Positions 1 through 8,835 of a stretch of DNA of 64,000 bases are shown in pieces. Under the pieces are notes generated by a model. It saw only the letters and a program-made list of their open reading frames with translations. It had not been told where the DNA came from and ran no database searches. The position numbers were made by a program, and so were the translations under genes. The first letter of the stretch is position 1, and every line of letters begins with the position of its first letter. Source of the stretch: Geobacter sp. (GTDB taxonomy: Bacteria; Desulfobacterota; Desulfuromonadia; Geobacterales; Geobacteraceae). The DNA lies in the NCBI RefSeq assembly GCF_027327745.1, contig NZ_DAHVYG010000085.1, positions 20,465 to 84,464 of the forward strand, written 5' to 3'.

Positions 1-229
1 TGGCCCTTCCGATCATCGCCACGCAGACCCTTTCCCGGCGCCCACCCCAATCTTTGATTTCGCCTTGCGGCGCTCGTCTGTTACAATGAACGCCGTTTCC
101 CCCTCACCTGGCGCCGCATCCCGGGGAAAAGAGCTGCCGCGGCGGCATTAAAAAAGTCTACCCCATGATCCCGGTGCCGCAATGTCTAACACCCAGGAGC
201 CCGAAACCATCCAGCGGAAAGGAGAACCG

Positions 230-475
230 ATGCTTCGCCTGCTCATGGATTACCGTCTGCTCGTCCCCCTTGCCCTCGTTCTCGGCCTCGCGCCGTACCC
301 CTTCGCCCCCGAGCCGCACCTCGTGGAGAAGTCGCGGATGCTCGCGAACGGCACCCTCGCCCGTCCCGTAGACATCTTCGACCTCGTCTGGCACGTCTGG
401 CCCCTGGCGCTCCTCGGCTTCCAGGCGGGGCGCGACGTCGGGCGTCTCCTTTCGGGGGGGAGGACGCGGCGATGA
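230..475 (+). CDS. small hydrophobic membrane protein of unknown function (the ORF opens at 182; ATG 230 has the better SD)
   Basis: ORF 182..475. AAAGGAGA lies 5 nt upstream of ATG 230. Hydrophobic segments LLVPLALVLGL and WPLALLGF. The stop overlaps the next start (ATGA at 472-475), suggesting translational coupling. Confidence 0.5.
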   Translation: MLRLLMDYRLLVPLALVLGLAPYPFAPEPHLVEKSRMLANGTLARPVDIFDLVWHVWPLALLGFQAGRDVGRLLSGGRTRR

Positions 476-1377
476 AACGGGGAGGTCCGTCCTTCCGGAT
501 CGGCATCGACCTCGGCGGGACCAAGATCGAATCGCTCCTCCTCGCCCCCGATGGCGCCGAGCTCTCCCGCCGGCGGATCCCGTCGGCGGCGGGGGAGGGG
601 TACGGGGCGGTCCTCGCGTCCCTGCACGCCCTGGTCGCCGCGGCGGCTGCGGAGCTTCCGGCCGGGGCGCCCTACACCGTCGGCGTCGGCATCCCGGGCT
701 CCGTCGACGCCGCCACCGGCCTCGTGCGCAACGCCAACTCCACCTGCCTCATCGGCAACCCCCTCCAGCGCGACCTGGAACGGCTCCTCGGCCGTCCAGT
801 CGGGGTGCGAAACGACGCCGACTGCTTCACCATGGCCGAGTGCCGCCTCGGGGCAGGGCGGGGGTACGGCCTCGTCTTCGGGGTCATCATGGGGACCGGC
901 TGCGGCGGCGGGATCGCCATCGACGGGACGGTGCGCGAGGGACCCCACCGGATCGCCGGGGAGTGGGGGCACCTCTCCGTCGACCCGACCGGCGCCCCCT
1001 GCTACTGCGGCAACCGCGGCTGCGTCGAGACGAAGATCAGCGGCTCCGGCGTGGAGCGGGCCTTCCGCGAGGCATACGGCGAGCCGCTCCCCATGGCGGA
1101 GATCGTCGCCGGCGCCCGCGCCGGCGAGCCCCGCTGCGCGGCAGCCTTCGAGCGCTTTCTCGACGACTTCGGCCGCGCCCTCGGCGGGCTCATCTCCATC
1201 CTCGACCCCGACGCCGTGGTCCTGGGGGGCGGTCTCTCCAACATCGACGAGCTCTACACCCGGGGAGTGGAGCGGGTGCGGCACCACGCCTTCCACGACG
1301 ACCTGCGGACCCCGATCCTGCGGAACCTCCTCGGCGACTCCGCCGGAGTCCTCGGCGCGGCGTGGATCGGGCGGTAG
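472..1377 (+). CDS. ROK-family sugar kinase (N-acetylglucosamine/glucose kinase-like)
   Basis: 301-aa ORF. N-terminal IGIDLGGTK phosphate-binding motif. ROK zinc-Cys signature CYCGNRGCVE. Confidence 0.85.
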   Translation: MKRGGPSFRIGIDLGGTKIESLLLAPDGAELSRRRIPSAAGEGYGAVLASLHALVAAAAAELPAGAPYTVGVGIPGSVDAATGLVRNANSTCLIGNPLQRDLERLLGRPVGVRNDADCFTMAECRLGAGRGYGLVFGVIMGTGCGGGIAIDGTVREGPHRIAGEWGHLSVDPTGAPCYCGNRGCVETKISGSGVERAFREAYGEPLPMAEIVAGARAGEPRCAAAFERFLDDFGRALGGLISILDPDAVVLGGGLSNIDELYTRGVERVRHHAFHDDLRTPILRNLLGDSAGVLGAAWIGR

Positions 1378-1549
1378 GCTCGCATCCCGTCTTCATGCCA
1401 TCTTTGACCTGCCCTCAATCGCAAAATCCTCGACGTAGCCCTGCTACGCCTGCGGTTTTGCTCAATCGGCCCGGCCAAATCTGCCACAAATCCGGGCGCG
1501 ATCTTCCGGAACGTGATTTACGGACAAGCATTAAATGGGAGGAATATCG

Positions 1550-2131
1550 ATGAAACGTCTCTGTGTCTTCTGCGGATCGAGCCCCGGGGCCAACGGCGCC
1601 TACCGGGAGGCGGCGGAGGGGCTCGGCCGGCTCCTGGCCCGGGAGGGGATCGGCCTCGTCTACGGCGGGGCGAGCGTCGGGCTCATGGGTGCCGTGGCCG
1701 ACGCGGCCCTGGCGGCCGGCGGCGAGGTGACCGGCATCATCCCCCGGGCTCTGGAAGAGAAGGAGATCGCCCACCCGGGGCTCACGGCGCTCCACGTGGT
1801 CGACTCCATGCACGAGCGCAAGGCCCTCATGGTCGAGCTCGCCGACGGCTTCATCGCCCTCCCCGGCGGCATGGGGACCTTCGACGAATTCTTCGAGGTG
1901 GTCACCTGGGCCCAGCTCGGGATGCACCACAAGCCGTGCGGCCTCCTCAACGCCGCCGGTTACTACGACCGGCTGGCCGCCTTCCTCGACCATACCGTGG
2001 CCGAGCGGTTCGTGAAACGGGAGCACCGGGAGATGATCATCATCGAAACGGACCCGGCGCGGCTCCTGGAGCGGTTCCGCACCTACCGGTCGCCCGCGGC
2101 GAAGAAGTGGCTCGACCGGGAGAGCGTTTGA
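1550..2131 (+). CDS. LOG-family nucleotide 5'-monophosphate nucleosidase (TIGR00730-type lysine-decarboxylase-like protein)
   Basis: Motifs [11 protein letters not shown] and [22 protein letters not shown] 6 nt upstream of ATG 1550 (the ORF track opens at 1535). Confidence 0.85.
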   Translation: MKRLCVFCGSSPGANGAYREAAEGLGRLLAREGIGLVYGGASVGLMGAVADAALAAGGEVTGIIPRALEEKEIAHPGLTALHVVDSMHERKALMVELADGFIALPGGMGTFDEFFEVVTWAQLGMHHKPCGLLNAAGYYDRLAAFLDHTVAERFVKREHREMIIIETDPARLLERFRTYRSPAAKKWLDRESV

Positions 2132-2357
2132 GGGGAGAAGTGGAGAAATTGAGCGCCGCCCTGCCGTTTGTTGAGAAAATTATAATTTACAGTCTCTTTC
2201 GTCCAAACGATTTGACAGGATAATCGGGGAGTTGGTCGATTTACTAACAAGGCATTAGATCACGCCGGCTCTTCCGTTCAAGCCGACCAACGGAAGCAGT
2301 GCTCTTCACCGCAATCCCATAGCAGACCAAAAACACAAGAATCCATCAGGAGTGCCT

Positions 2358-3452
2358 ATGTCGAAGAGAATGAAGATCTGCATCAACACCGGCGGCGGCG
2401 ATGCGCCGGGCCTGAACGCGGTTATCGAGGCGGTCACCATGGCGGCCCACAACCGGCAATGGGAGGTGTACGGCATCAAGTGCGGCTATGCCGGCCTCCT
2501 GAACACCGACGAGATCATCCCCCTGACCCCGGAGAAGGTTGACGGCATCGCCAGCCTGGGGGGAACCATCCTGGGGACCACCAACAAGGGGAACCCCTTC
2601 ATGATGCCGGTTGCTAACGCTGCCGGCGAAACTGAACCGCGCGATCTGTCGGACCGGGTCATGGAAAACTTCCGCCGCCTCCGCTTTGATGCCCTTGTTG
2701 CCGTGGGGGGTGACGGAAGCCTCGAGATTGCCCACCGTTTCGCCGAAAAGGGGATGCCGGTGGTCGGCGTTCCCAAGACCATCGACAACGACATGGGGGG
2801 GACGGTCATTACCTTCGGTTTCGATACGGCGGTCAGCGTCGCCACCGAGGCCATCGACCGCCTCCACTCGACGGCCAAGTCTCACGACCGGGTCATGGTG
2901 GTTGAGGTCATGGGGCGCAATGCCGGCTTCATCGCCCTGAACAGCGGCATCTCCGGCAACGCGGACGTGATCCTGATTCCGGAGATACCGTTCGACATCG
3001 ACAAGGTCTGCGACAAGCTGATGGAGAACGAGCTCCACGGCCACCGGTATGCCATCGTGGTCGTGGCCGAAGGTGCGCTTCCCAAGGGGGGTGACGTGAT
3101 CGCCAAGGGCTCCGGCGAGGCCGGCCGCCAGCACGTGGTCCTGGGGGGGATCGCCGAGTACGTGGCCAGGGAGATCACCCAGCGCACCGGCAAGGATTCC
3201 CGCTCCATGGTCCTGGGCCATCTCCAGCGGGGGGGATCCCCTTCCACCTTCGACCGCCTCCTATCCCTGCGGTTCGGCGCGGCCGCGGTGCGGGCCATCG
3301 AGAATGGGCAATTCAACCACATGGTGGCGCTCCGGTCGCCGGACATCGTCATGGTCCCCCTCGGAGAGGCCCTGGGGATGCAGAAGCGTGTTCTCATCGA
3401 CGGCGATACGGTGCTGACGGCCCGTGATCTCGGGATCTGCTTCGGGGACTGA
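2358..3452 (+). CDS. pfkA: 6-phosphofructokinase
   Basis: Motifs INTGGGDAPGLNA, VGGDGS, PKTIDND and EVMGRNAG. AGGAG 5 nt upstream of ATG 2358 (the track starts at GTG 2352). Confidence 0.9.
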   Translation: MSKRMKICINTGGGDAPGLNAVIEAVTMAAHNRQWEVYGIKCGYAGLLNTDEIIPLTPEKVDGIASLGGTILGTTNKGNPFMMPVANAAGETEPRDLSDRVMENFRRLRFDALVAVGGDGSLEIAHRFAEKGMPVVGVPKTIDNDMGGTVITFGFDTAVSVATEAIDRLHSTAKSHDRVMVVEVMGRNAGFIALNSGISGNADVILIPEIPFDIDKVCDKLMENELHGHRYAIVVVAEGALPKGGDVIAKGSGEAGRQHVVLGGIAEYVAREITQRTGKDSRSMVLGHLQRGGSPSTFDRLLSLRFGAAAVRAIENGQFNHMVALRSPDIVMVPLGEALGMQKRVLIDGDTVLTARDLGICFGD

Positions 3453-3612
3453 AAGTGCGGCGGGCATGCTGAGCATGTTCATGCTGATTGTTATCAGGAT
3501 AGATGGAATGGCACAGTATACCGTGCCATAGTGCACCAAATGGAACAGTATAGTTGTCGTGCATTGCGGGGAACCGACCGAATCCATTACAGAGAACCGG
3601 AGGGGAAAGACC

Positions 3613-4109
3613 ATGGCGGATAAGAAAACGGGGGCACGGAAGATTTCCACAACCAGCACCAAGCAGGAGATGCTGGACGCGACATCCAGAACAAGCGGGA
3701 ACAGACCGAGAAGGAGTTCGCCGAGCGGGAGCAGGCCATCGCCAGGAGCGAAGCCGAGCTGAACGACCTCCGCCAGCGGGCCGCCTCATTCCCGCAGGAA
3801 CTGGAGGCCACGGTTACCCGCGAGGTTACGGCTGCTGTGGAGAAGGTCCGCCTTGAGTCCGACACCCGCCTGGAACTCCTCAAGAAGGAGTACGAAGGGG
3901 AGAGGAACGTCTTCCTCGCCCGGATCGCCGCCCTGGAGGGGAAGGTCAAGGAGCAGGCCGAGCAGGTGACGAAGATGAACGCCCAGTTGGAAAAGGCCTA
4001 CGGCCAGGTCCAGCAGATCGCGGTGAAGGCGGTGGAGGGATCCTCGGCCGTGAAGTCCCTCGGCGGGGGGCAGCAGTTCGGCGGCGATGCCGGGCGGGGA
4101 CAGGGGTAG
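3613..4109 (+). pseudogene. coiled-coil protein gene interrupted by a -1 frame change near 3678-3684 (true pseudogene or assembly indel)
   Basis: MADKKTGARKISTTSTKQEMLDA reads in frame 1 with a GGAGGGGAAAGA SD. The heptad-rich continuation IQNKREQTEKEFAEREQAIARSEAELNDLRQR...VEKVRLESD... runs in frame 0 into the listed ORF 3837..4109. Frame 0 has a TAA at 3621 and no ATG before 3837. Confidence 0.55.
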
Positions 4110-4125
4110 GATCGAGGGACATGAC

Positions 4126-4329
4126 ATGAAGAGGCGGAGGAGGAAAACGTGGGACGAGGAGCTCCTTTGCCTCCCCGACAGTGACGAACAGTTCGCGTAC
4201 ATCGCGGGATATACCGAGGGCGGTTTCCCCTACGGGATTACCTGGGAGGAGCACTGGGCCTCCCAGGTGAGGCACGATGATGAACCTGACGATCTGGGAA
4301 ATATCTTTTCTGACAACTTGATGGAATAA
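4126..4329 (+). CDS. small hypothetical protein (MKRRRRKTWDEELL...)
   Basis: ORF 4087..4329. GAGGGA lies 7 nt upstream of ATG 4126. No recognisable domain. Confidence 0.4.
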   Translation: MKRRRRKTWDEELLCLPDSDEQFAYIAGYTEGGFPYGITWEEHWASQVRHDDEPDDLGNIFSDNLME

Positions 4330-4426
4330 GGGGGCTGTTCCGCAGAGCCGGCACTCTGTTCAATCTGGCCTTAGTGAATGATCCCTCTTGGGTCATCCTG
4401 GTTAAGGTTGGCAGTTGGAAGGATAA

Positions 4427-5551
4427 ATGTTTCAGGCGAAGCACGCCCCCTGTGCCTATTACATCCGCCGCTTTGCCAGCACGGTCAAAGCACGCCCCGA
4501 TGACGAGCGGGAGCTGATGGAGCTGGCGGCGAACGTTCCCTTTGACGACCGGATCAATCACCGGGCCGAGCTGAACGATCTGAATCTCGGCCTTATCCGT
4601 TCGTTTCTTCAGGAGATCGGCAGCGACCTGTTCGAACAATCCACGCAACTCCCCTTCGAGCAGTTGTGCGAACAGATGAAGATTGTCGACGGGCCGCCGG
4701 AGTACCTGAAGCCGCGCAATGCGGGGCTTCTCTTCTTTAACGACAGGCCGGACCAGTTCTTCCCCTATGCCCGGATCGAGCTCGTGCATTTCAGGACCTC
4801 GCCCGCCGACGACATTCTGACGGAAAAATACTTCGAGGGGCCGCTCCATCAGCAACTCCGCAATGCCCTGAGCTTCATCAAGAACACTTTCATTGTCGAG
4901 CGGGTCCGCAAGGTGCCGGGGCAGGCCGAGGCACAGCGGTTTTTCAATTATCCCTACGAAGCGCTCGAAGAGGTCCTGGTGAATGCCGTTTACCACCGTA
5001 GTTACGAGCTGCGGGAACCGGTGGAGGTGCGGATTCATCCGGAGCGGATCGAAATCCTCAGCTTTCCGGGGCCGGACCGGTCGGTGCGCAAAGAGGATAT
5101 CGAGAAGGGGAACATCGTATCCCGGCGCTACCGTAATCGGCGAATCGGTGAGTTTCTCAAGGAGCTGGACCTGACGGAGGGGAAAGCAACCGGTATTCCG
5201 AAGATCAAGAAGGTGATGCAGATGAATGGTTCTCCCGAGCCGATCTTTGAGACGGATGACGACCGGACGTTTTTCCTGGCCATTCTGCCGGTACATCGAG
5301 AGTTTCACGGAGTGGGAATTGAAGAGTCACGAGATGTCCCTGTAAATGTCCCTGTAAATGTCCCTGTAAATGAAAGGCAGCAGTGGTTCCTTGACGAGCT
5401 CGCCGCCGGCAGGCATGTCAAGGCCGTTGATTTGTGCGAACACTGGAAGGTAGTGGAAAAAACCGCCAAGCGCGACATCAGCGAACTCAAGAAGCAAGGC
5501 ATGATCGAATTCGTCGGGGCACCGAAAAAAGGGTTTTATCGGCTCGTGTGA
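4427..5551 (+). CDS. ATP-binding (HATPase_c_4-like) putative transcriptional regulator with C-terminal wHTH, of the AlbA_2/Schlafen-associated family; it appears to lack the N-terminal AlbA_2 domain
   Basis: 374-aa ORF. The YYIRRFASTVKARPDDERELMEL...FDDR region and the C-terminal KRDISELKKQGMIEFVGAPKKGFYRLV wHTH match my recollection of proteins often annotated 'RecG-like putative DNA-binding'. Only about 100 nt separate it from the upstream gene, and in-frame stops sit just before the ATG. Confidence 0.55.
   Translation: MFQAKHAPCAYYIRRFASTVKARPDDERELMELAANVPFDDRINHRAELNDLNLGLIRSFLQEIGSDLFEQSTQLPFEQLCEQMKIVDGPPEYLKPRNAGLLFFNDRPDQFFPYARIELVHFRTSPADDILTEKYFEGPLHQQLRNALSFIKNTFIVERVRKVPGQAEAQRFFNYPYEALEEVLVNAVYHRSYELREPVEVRIHPERIEILSFPGPDRSVRKEDIEKGNIVSRRYRNRRIGEFLKELDLTEGKATGIPKIKKVMQMNGSPEPIFETDDDRTFFLAILPVHREFHGVGIEESRDVPVNVPVNVPVNERQQWFLDELAAGRHVKAVDLCEHWKVVEKTAKRDISELKKQGMIEFVGAPKKGFYRLV
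5336..5371. repeat. perfect 12-bp tandem repeat x3 (GTCCCTGTAAAT), in frame, encoding VPVN x3
   Basis: Read directly: 5336-5347, 5348-5359 and 5360-5371 are identical. It lies in the linker before the wHTH of CDS 4427..5551. Confidence 0.95.
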
Positions 5552-5618
5552 TGCCTACCAACTACCCGAGCAGAAAAAAGTGCAGCCTATAAATGAAAAC
5601 GATAGATGAGGAGTTTCA

Positions 5619-5905
5619 ATGAAACCATCCCCAAAACGAAAGCCGGAAACACGGAAAATGACCGCCAAGGTTGTCAAACCCGCTTCGGAGCAACCGGCCG
5701 CGGCTAAGGTTTCCCGCCTCCACAAACCCGATGACATGCCCCTTGAGGAGTGGCAGCTGCTGCTGCGCAGGCAGTTCGGGGAGAAGCAGGATTTCCGCCT
5801 GGAGAACGTGGGGGACGATCCGCTCTTTTCCGATTACCAACTCACCAATCCCGCCTCCGGCAGGACTTACCGGCTGGTTGTCCGGGGAGCGGGGCCGGGG
5901 GATAA
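5619..5905 (+). pseudogene. 5' stump of a SWIM-zinc-finger/SNF2-family helicase gene
   Basis: LHKPDDMPLEEWQLLLRRQFGEKQDFRLENVGDDPLFSDYQLTNPASGRTYRLVVRGAGPGD resembles, from memory, the conserved N-terminus that precedes the CxC SWIM finger of SNF2 helicases. Resemblance stops at about 5905, where composition becomes AT-richer. The ORF ends at 5969 with no SWIM or helicase domains. Confidence 0.45.
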
Positions 5906-6094
5906 GCCACGACGATTTTCTCAAGCTGCACCAAAGCAACGTCGGCACCCTTCCGGCATCAGATGTTAGTCGGCTTTATTACGCCATCAGGGAAGGATAC
6001 AACAGGTCAGAGTCATATGCGCTATGCTCGGCCATTGTGGAGCAAAGTTTCCGCCAGAAAATGACAGCCTTAACGGTATAAACACGGAGAGAAC

Positions 6095-6268
6095 ATGGAA
6101 GAAGAACTGGATCAAGAAATCTGTAAGAGCTGCGGGACCAGGCTTGAATTCGATCCGAACTATGACGCACTTTTCTGCCCGATGTGTAACGAGTGGCGCG
6201 ACGAACTATGTGGCAAGAAAAGCTGTGAGTTCTGCGGCAAGCGTCCAGAAAAACCGGTCTCTGAGTAA
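6095..6268 (+). CDS. 57-aa zinc-ribbon protein (too short for the ORF track)
   Basis: My translation: MEEELDQEICKSCGTRLEFDPNYDALFCPMCNEWRDELCGKKSCEFCGKRPEKPVSE, with three CxxC pairs. GGAGAG upstream of ATG 6095. Confidence 0.45.
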   Translation: MEEELDQEICKSCGTRLEFDPNYDALFCPMCNEWRDELCGKKSCEFCGKRPEKPVSE

Positions 6269-6299
6269 ATCTTATATTGCTATCGCATGGAGGTGTTAA

Positions 6300-6881
6300 G
6301 TGGTACCTGAAACTGCAGAAGGGTTCAATCTCGATGCATGGGCGCAAAGGTGGGACAAAGAGATTGAACAGTGGTTCAAAGATCCCAACGCGTTCTGGAA
6401 GGATCACCCATTGTTCTCCTGTTATAACGGCAGTGGCAAGTGCGAGATCAAAGCTGATTATCTGCCGGAACCTTATTTGGGAGATCCCTGCCCGTCCAAA
6501 GGACGACACAGCGCAGTCTTTCTGAATCTGAATCCTGGCCCGCCTGACGATTTATTTCAGGCTTATCCTTGCGGGAAGTACACGGCCAGGGTGGGAAAAG
6601 TTGGATACAGGAAGTGGGCAAAAAACAACCCTTACAATCCGCTTACCAACAAAGACGAAATAGAGACTATTTATGAGCAAGTCCACGTAGGCGGAGAAAA
6701 TTTCTGGGGAAACCGTAACCGCTGGCTAAGCGATGTAACTGGGGAAAATCAGCCTCAGCCGCCGTTTTGCCTGGAGATATTTCCGTTTCATTCAGATCGA
6801 TGGGGATACTACAACGAAGAGAAGGCGAGGGAGTGGATTACGGAGTGGGTACTCAATAGGGGAGCTTTTCGGGATAAGTGA
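6300..6881 (+). CDS. hypothetical protein (193 aa) in the AT-richer patch
   Basis: GTG start preceded by GGAGGTG. No family recognised. Contains YLPEPYLGDP...FLNLNPGPP. Confidence 0.5.
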   Translation: MVPETAEGFNLDAWAQRWDKEIEQWFKDPNAFWKDHPLFSCYNGSGKCEIKADYLPEPYLGDPCPSKGRHSAVFLNLNPGPPDDLFQAYPCGKYTARVGKVGYRKWAKNNPYNPLTNKDEIETIYEQVHVGGENFWGNRNRWLSDVTGENQPQPPFCLEIFPFHSDRWGYYNEEKAREWITEWVLNRGAFRDK

Positions 6882-6997
6882 CGCGGCGGTGTCCCAGGCA
6901 AGCCGGAGGTTAGTGTTAAAAGCCGAGAAAGATCAGCGGCTAAAGAAAATATTGGGAAGAGCAGAGACACACTTTGGTTGTGTCAGAAGTTGAGACC

Positions 6998-7034
6998 TGA
7001 CCCCTTAGAGCGGAGCGTTTGACCCCTTAGAGCG
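6998..7034. repeat. 15-bp direct repeat TGACCCCTTAGAGCG x2 with 22-bp period; the second copy contains the stop codon of CDS 7027..7659
   Basis: 6998-7012 and 7020-7034 are identical. Confidence 0.9.
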
Positions 7035-7659
7035 AAATGTAACGGATAAACCACTCCTTCGCCAGGGTCGCCGCCTGTTCCAGGGTGCCGGGTTCCTCGA
7101 AGAGGTGCGTGGCACCGGGGACCACGGCCAATTCCTTCTCTCCGGCAAGATGGGCGAACGCCTGCCGGTTCAGTTGCAGAACCTGCGTGTCGAGCTCCCC
7201 GACAATGAGCAGGGTCGGCGCGAGCACCTTCTCCAGGTACGGCATCGCCAGGTCGGGCCGCCCCCCGCGGGAGACTACCGCCCTGATGGCCGTTCCCGTC
7301 AGAGCAGCTCCCTGGAGGGCTGCCGCCGCCCCGGTGCTGGCGCCGAAATAACAAATCGCCATTCCCTTCATTTCCGGCCTTGCCGCAAGCCAGCGCGTGG
7401 CCCCCACCAGCCGCCGGGCCAGCAGGTCGATGTCGAAGCGCTGCTCGTAGATGCGGTCCTCTTCGCTGGTGAGAAGGTCGAAGAGGAGGGTGCCGATCCC
7501 CGCCTGCTGCAGGACCCCGGCAACGCGGGTGTTTCTGGGGCTGAAGCGGCTTGAGCCGCTCCCGTGGGCAAAGATGACAACCCCCTTTGCCTGCTCCGGC
7601 AAACCCAGGGTCCCTTCAAGGGCAACCTTGTCGATCTCTATCCTAACCTGTTGTTCCAT
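7027..7659 (-). CDS. dienelactone-hydrolase-family alpha/beta hydrolase
   Basis: 210 aa. VVIFAHGSGSSR and nucleophile elbow YFGASTGAAAAL. Commonly paired with a phosphoribosyltransferase gene, as here. Confidence 0.75.
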   Translation of the reverse strand: MEQQVRIEIDKVALEGTLGLPEQAKGVVIFAHGSGSSRFSPRNTRVAGVLQQAGIGTLLFDLLTSEEDRIYEQRFDIDLLARRLVGATRWLAARPEMKGMAICYFGASTGAAAALQGAALTGTAIRAVVSRGGRPDLAMPYLEKVLAPTLLIVGELDTQVLQLNRQAFAHLAGEKELAVVPGATHLFEEPGTLEQAATLAKEWFIRYISL

Positions 7660-7718
7660 GACGCCACCTTCCCCTCCCGGCAGGAGTCAGGCAGACCCTG
7701 CCGGCCCCCGTCTGCCGT

Positions 7719-8345
7719 TCACCCCAGCATTGCCACCACGTCGTCGTCCTCCACCTGGGTAAAGTCGTAGTAATAGTTGCCGACCGCCATGAAACCGGCC
7801 GGGGTCTGGAGACAGACCCACTCATCCACCATTGCCGATATTTCCCGTTCCGCCTCCCTGGAGGCGACGGGAAGCGCAAGCACGAGCCTCGCGATTTCCT
7901 CCCGGTTCAAGGTTGTGACGGCTGCCTTGGCGGTGGCGCCGGTGGCTACCCCGTCGTCCACCAGGATAACGGTCTTTCCGGCCAGGGGAGGGATGCCCTT
8001 CCCCTTCCGGTACAGGTCGATCCGCCGGGCAATCTCCTCCTTCTGCCTGGCGGTTTCCTGCTGTAGATAGGTCTTGCTCACGCCGCAGGCGGAGACGACG
8101 TCCTCGTTGAGCACCACGGTGCCGGTCTCGGAAACCGCGCCGGCAGCCAGCTCCGGATTGCCGGGAACGCCGATTTTCCTCACGATGAGGATGTCGAGGG
8201 GGCAATGGAGCGCCCGGGCAATTTCCCAGGCGACCGTCACCCCGCCCCGCGGCAACCCGAGCACGATCACGTCCTTTTTGTCGCGGTAGTGCGTCAGCCT
8301 CTCTGCCAGGCGCTTCCCGGCGTCCTTTCTGTCCTTGTAGACCAT
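7719..8345 (-). CDS. phosphoribosyltransferase-family protein
   Basis: PRPP-binding loop VILVDDGVATGAT. Start MVYKDRKDAGKRL at 8345 is preceded by GGGAGGAAAGG (the ORF track opens at 8450). Confidence 0.8.
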   Translation of the reverse strand: MVYKDRKDAGKRLAERLTHYRDKKDVIVLGLPRGGVTVAWEIARALHCPLDILIVRKIGVPGNPELAAGAVSETGTVVLNEDVVSACGVSKTYLQQETARQKEEIARRIDLYRKGKGIPPLAGKTVILVDDGVATGATAKAAVTTLNREEIARLVLALPVASREAEREISAMVDEWVCLQTPAGFMAVGNYYYDFTQVEDDDVVAMLG

Positions 8346-8446
8346 GAGCCTTTCCTCCCACCAATCCCTTGAAACGACATCAGGTCCCGAAAAATCAGAA
8401 ACCGACTTTCCAGGACCTGACCCGCATGACTTCATTACTTCCCATC

Positions 8447-8623
8447 TCATGTTGTTTGCCAGTCTTCTCCTTCGTCACCGGCCATTTCGTCTACGTGGGT
8501 ACGGGTCATATGTTCAACGCCATGTGACCGGAACCAGGTGTAGGCGAACAGGATGATCGAAACCGTTGTGACGAGAAGCAGGCTGACGGCGGTACCGAAC
8601 ATTTGCCAGCCGATCCCTGTCAT
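8447..8623 (-). CDS. small single-pass membrane protein
   Basis: MTGIGWQMFGTAVSLLLVTTVSIILFAYTWF..., preceded by AGGAGG. The stop overlaps the start region of the downstream gene. Confidence 0.45.
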   Translation of the reverse strand: MTGIGWQMFGTAVSLLLVTTVSIILFAYTWFRSHGVEHMTRTHVDEMAGDEGEDWQTT

Positions 8624-8835
8624 GGTAACAACCTCCTTTCTTTCCGACTCCGCTCGCGCCGCTTCAGCGTCGGAGCATTTTGCCTGATTCAATTATAGCG
8701 CATTTGGGGAGATGAGCGACCTCGGAATTCATCTCCCGGGAGCGAGCCGGAAAGGCGGGGGCAGCCGTGGAGATGCGAAAAATCTTTGGAATCTGCCGGG
8801 GGTGTGGTACACGGGGACGTGAAGGGAGTCCCGGA

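Noticed and set aside
3509-3556. Sigma54 (-24/-12) promoter suggested by TGGCAC and TGGAAC
   Set aside because: The required TTGC element is not at the canonical distance (TGGCACG-N4-TTGC) after either site; the offset is 2 nt or more.
5671-6081. 136-aa ORF listed in the track
   Set aside because: Its first two-thirds are just the out-of-frame overlap with the SNF2 stump. Only the last ~58 codons (from about 5905) could be a remnant of some other gene's C-terminus, and no start is available for that part.
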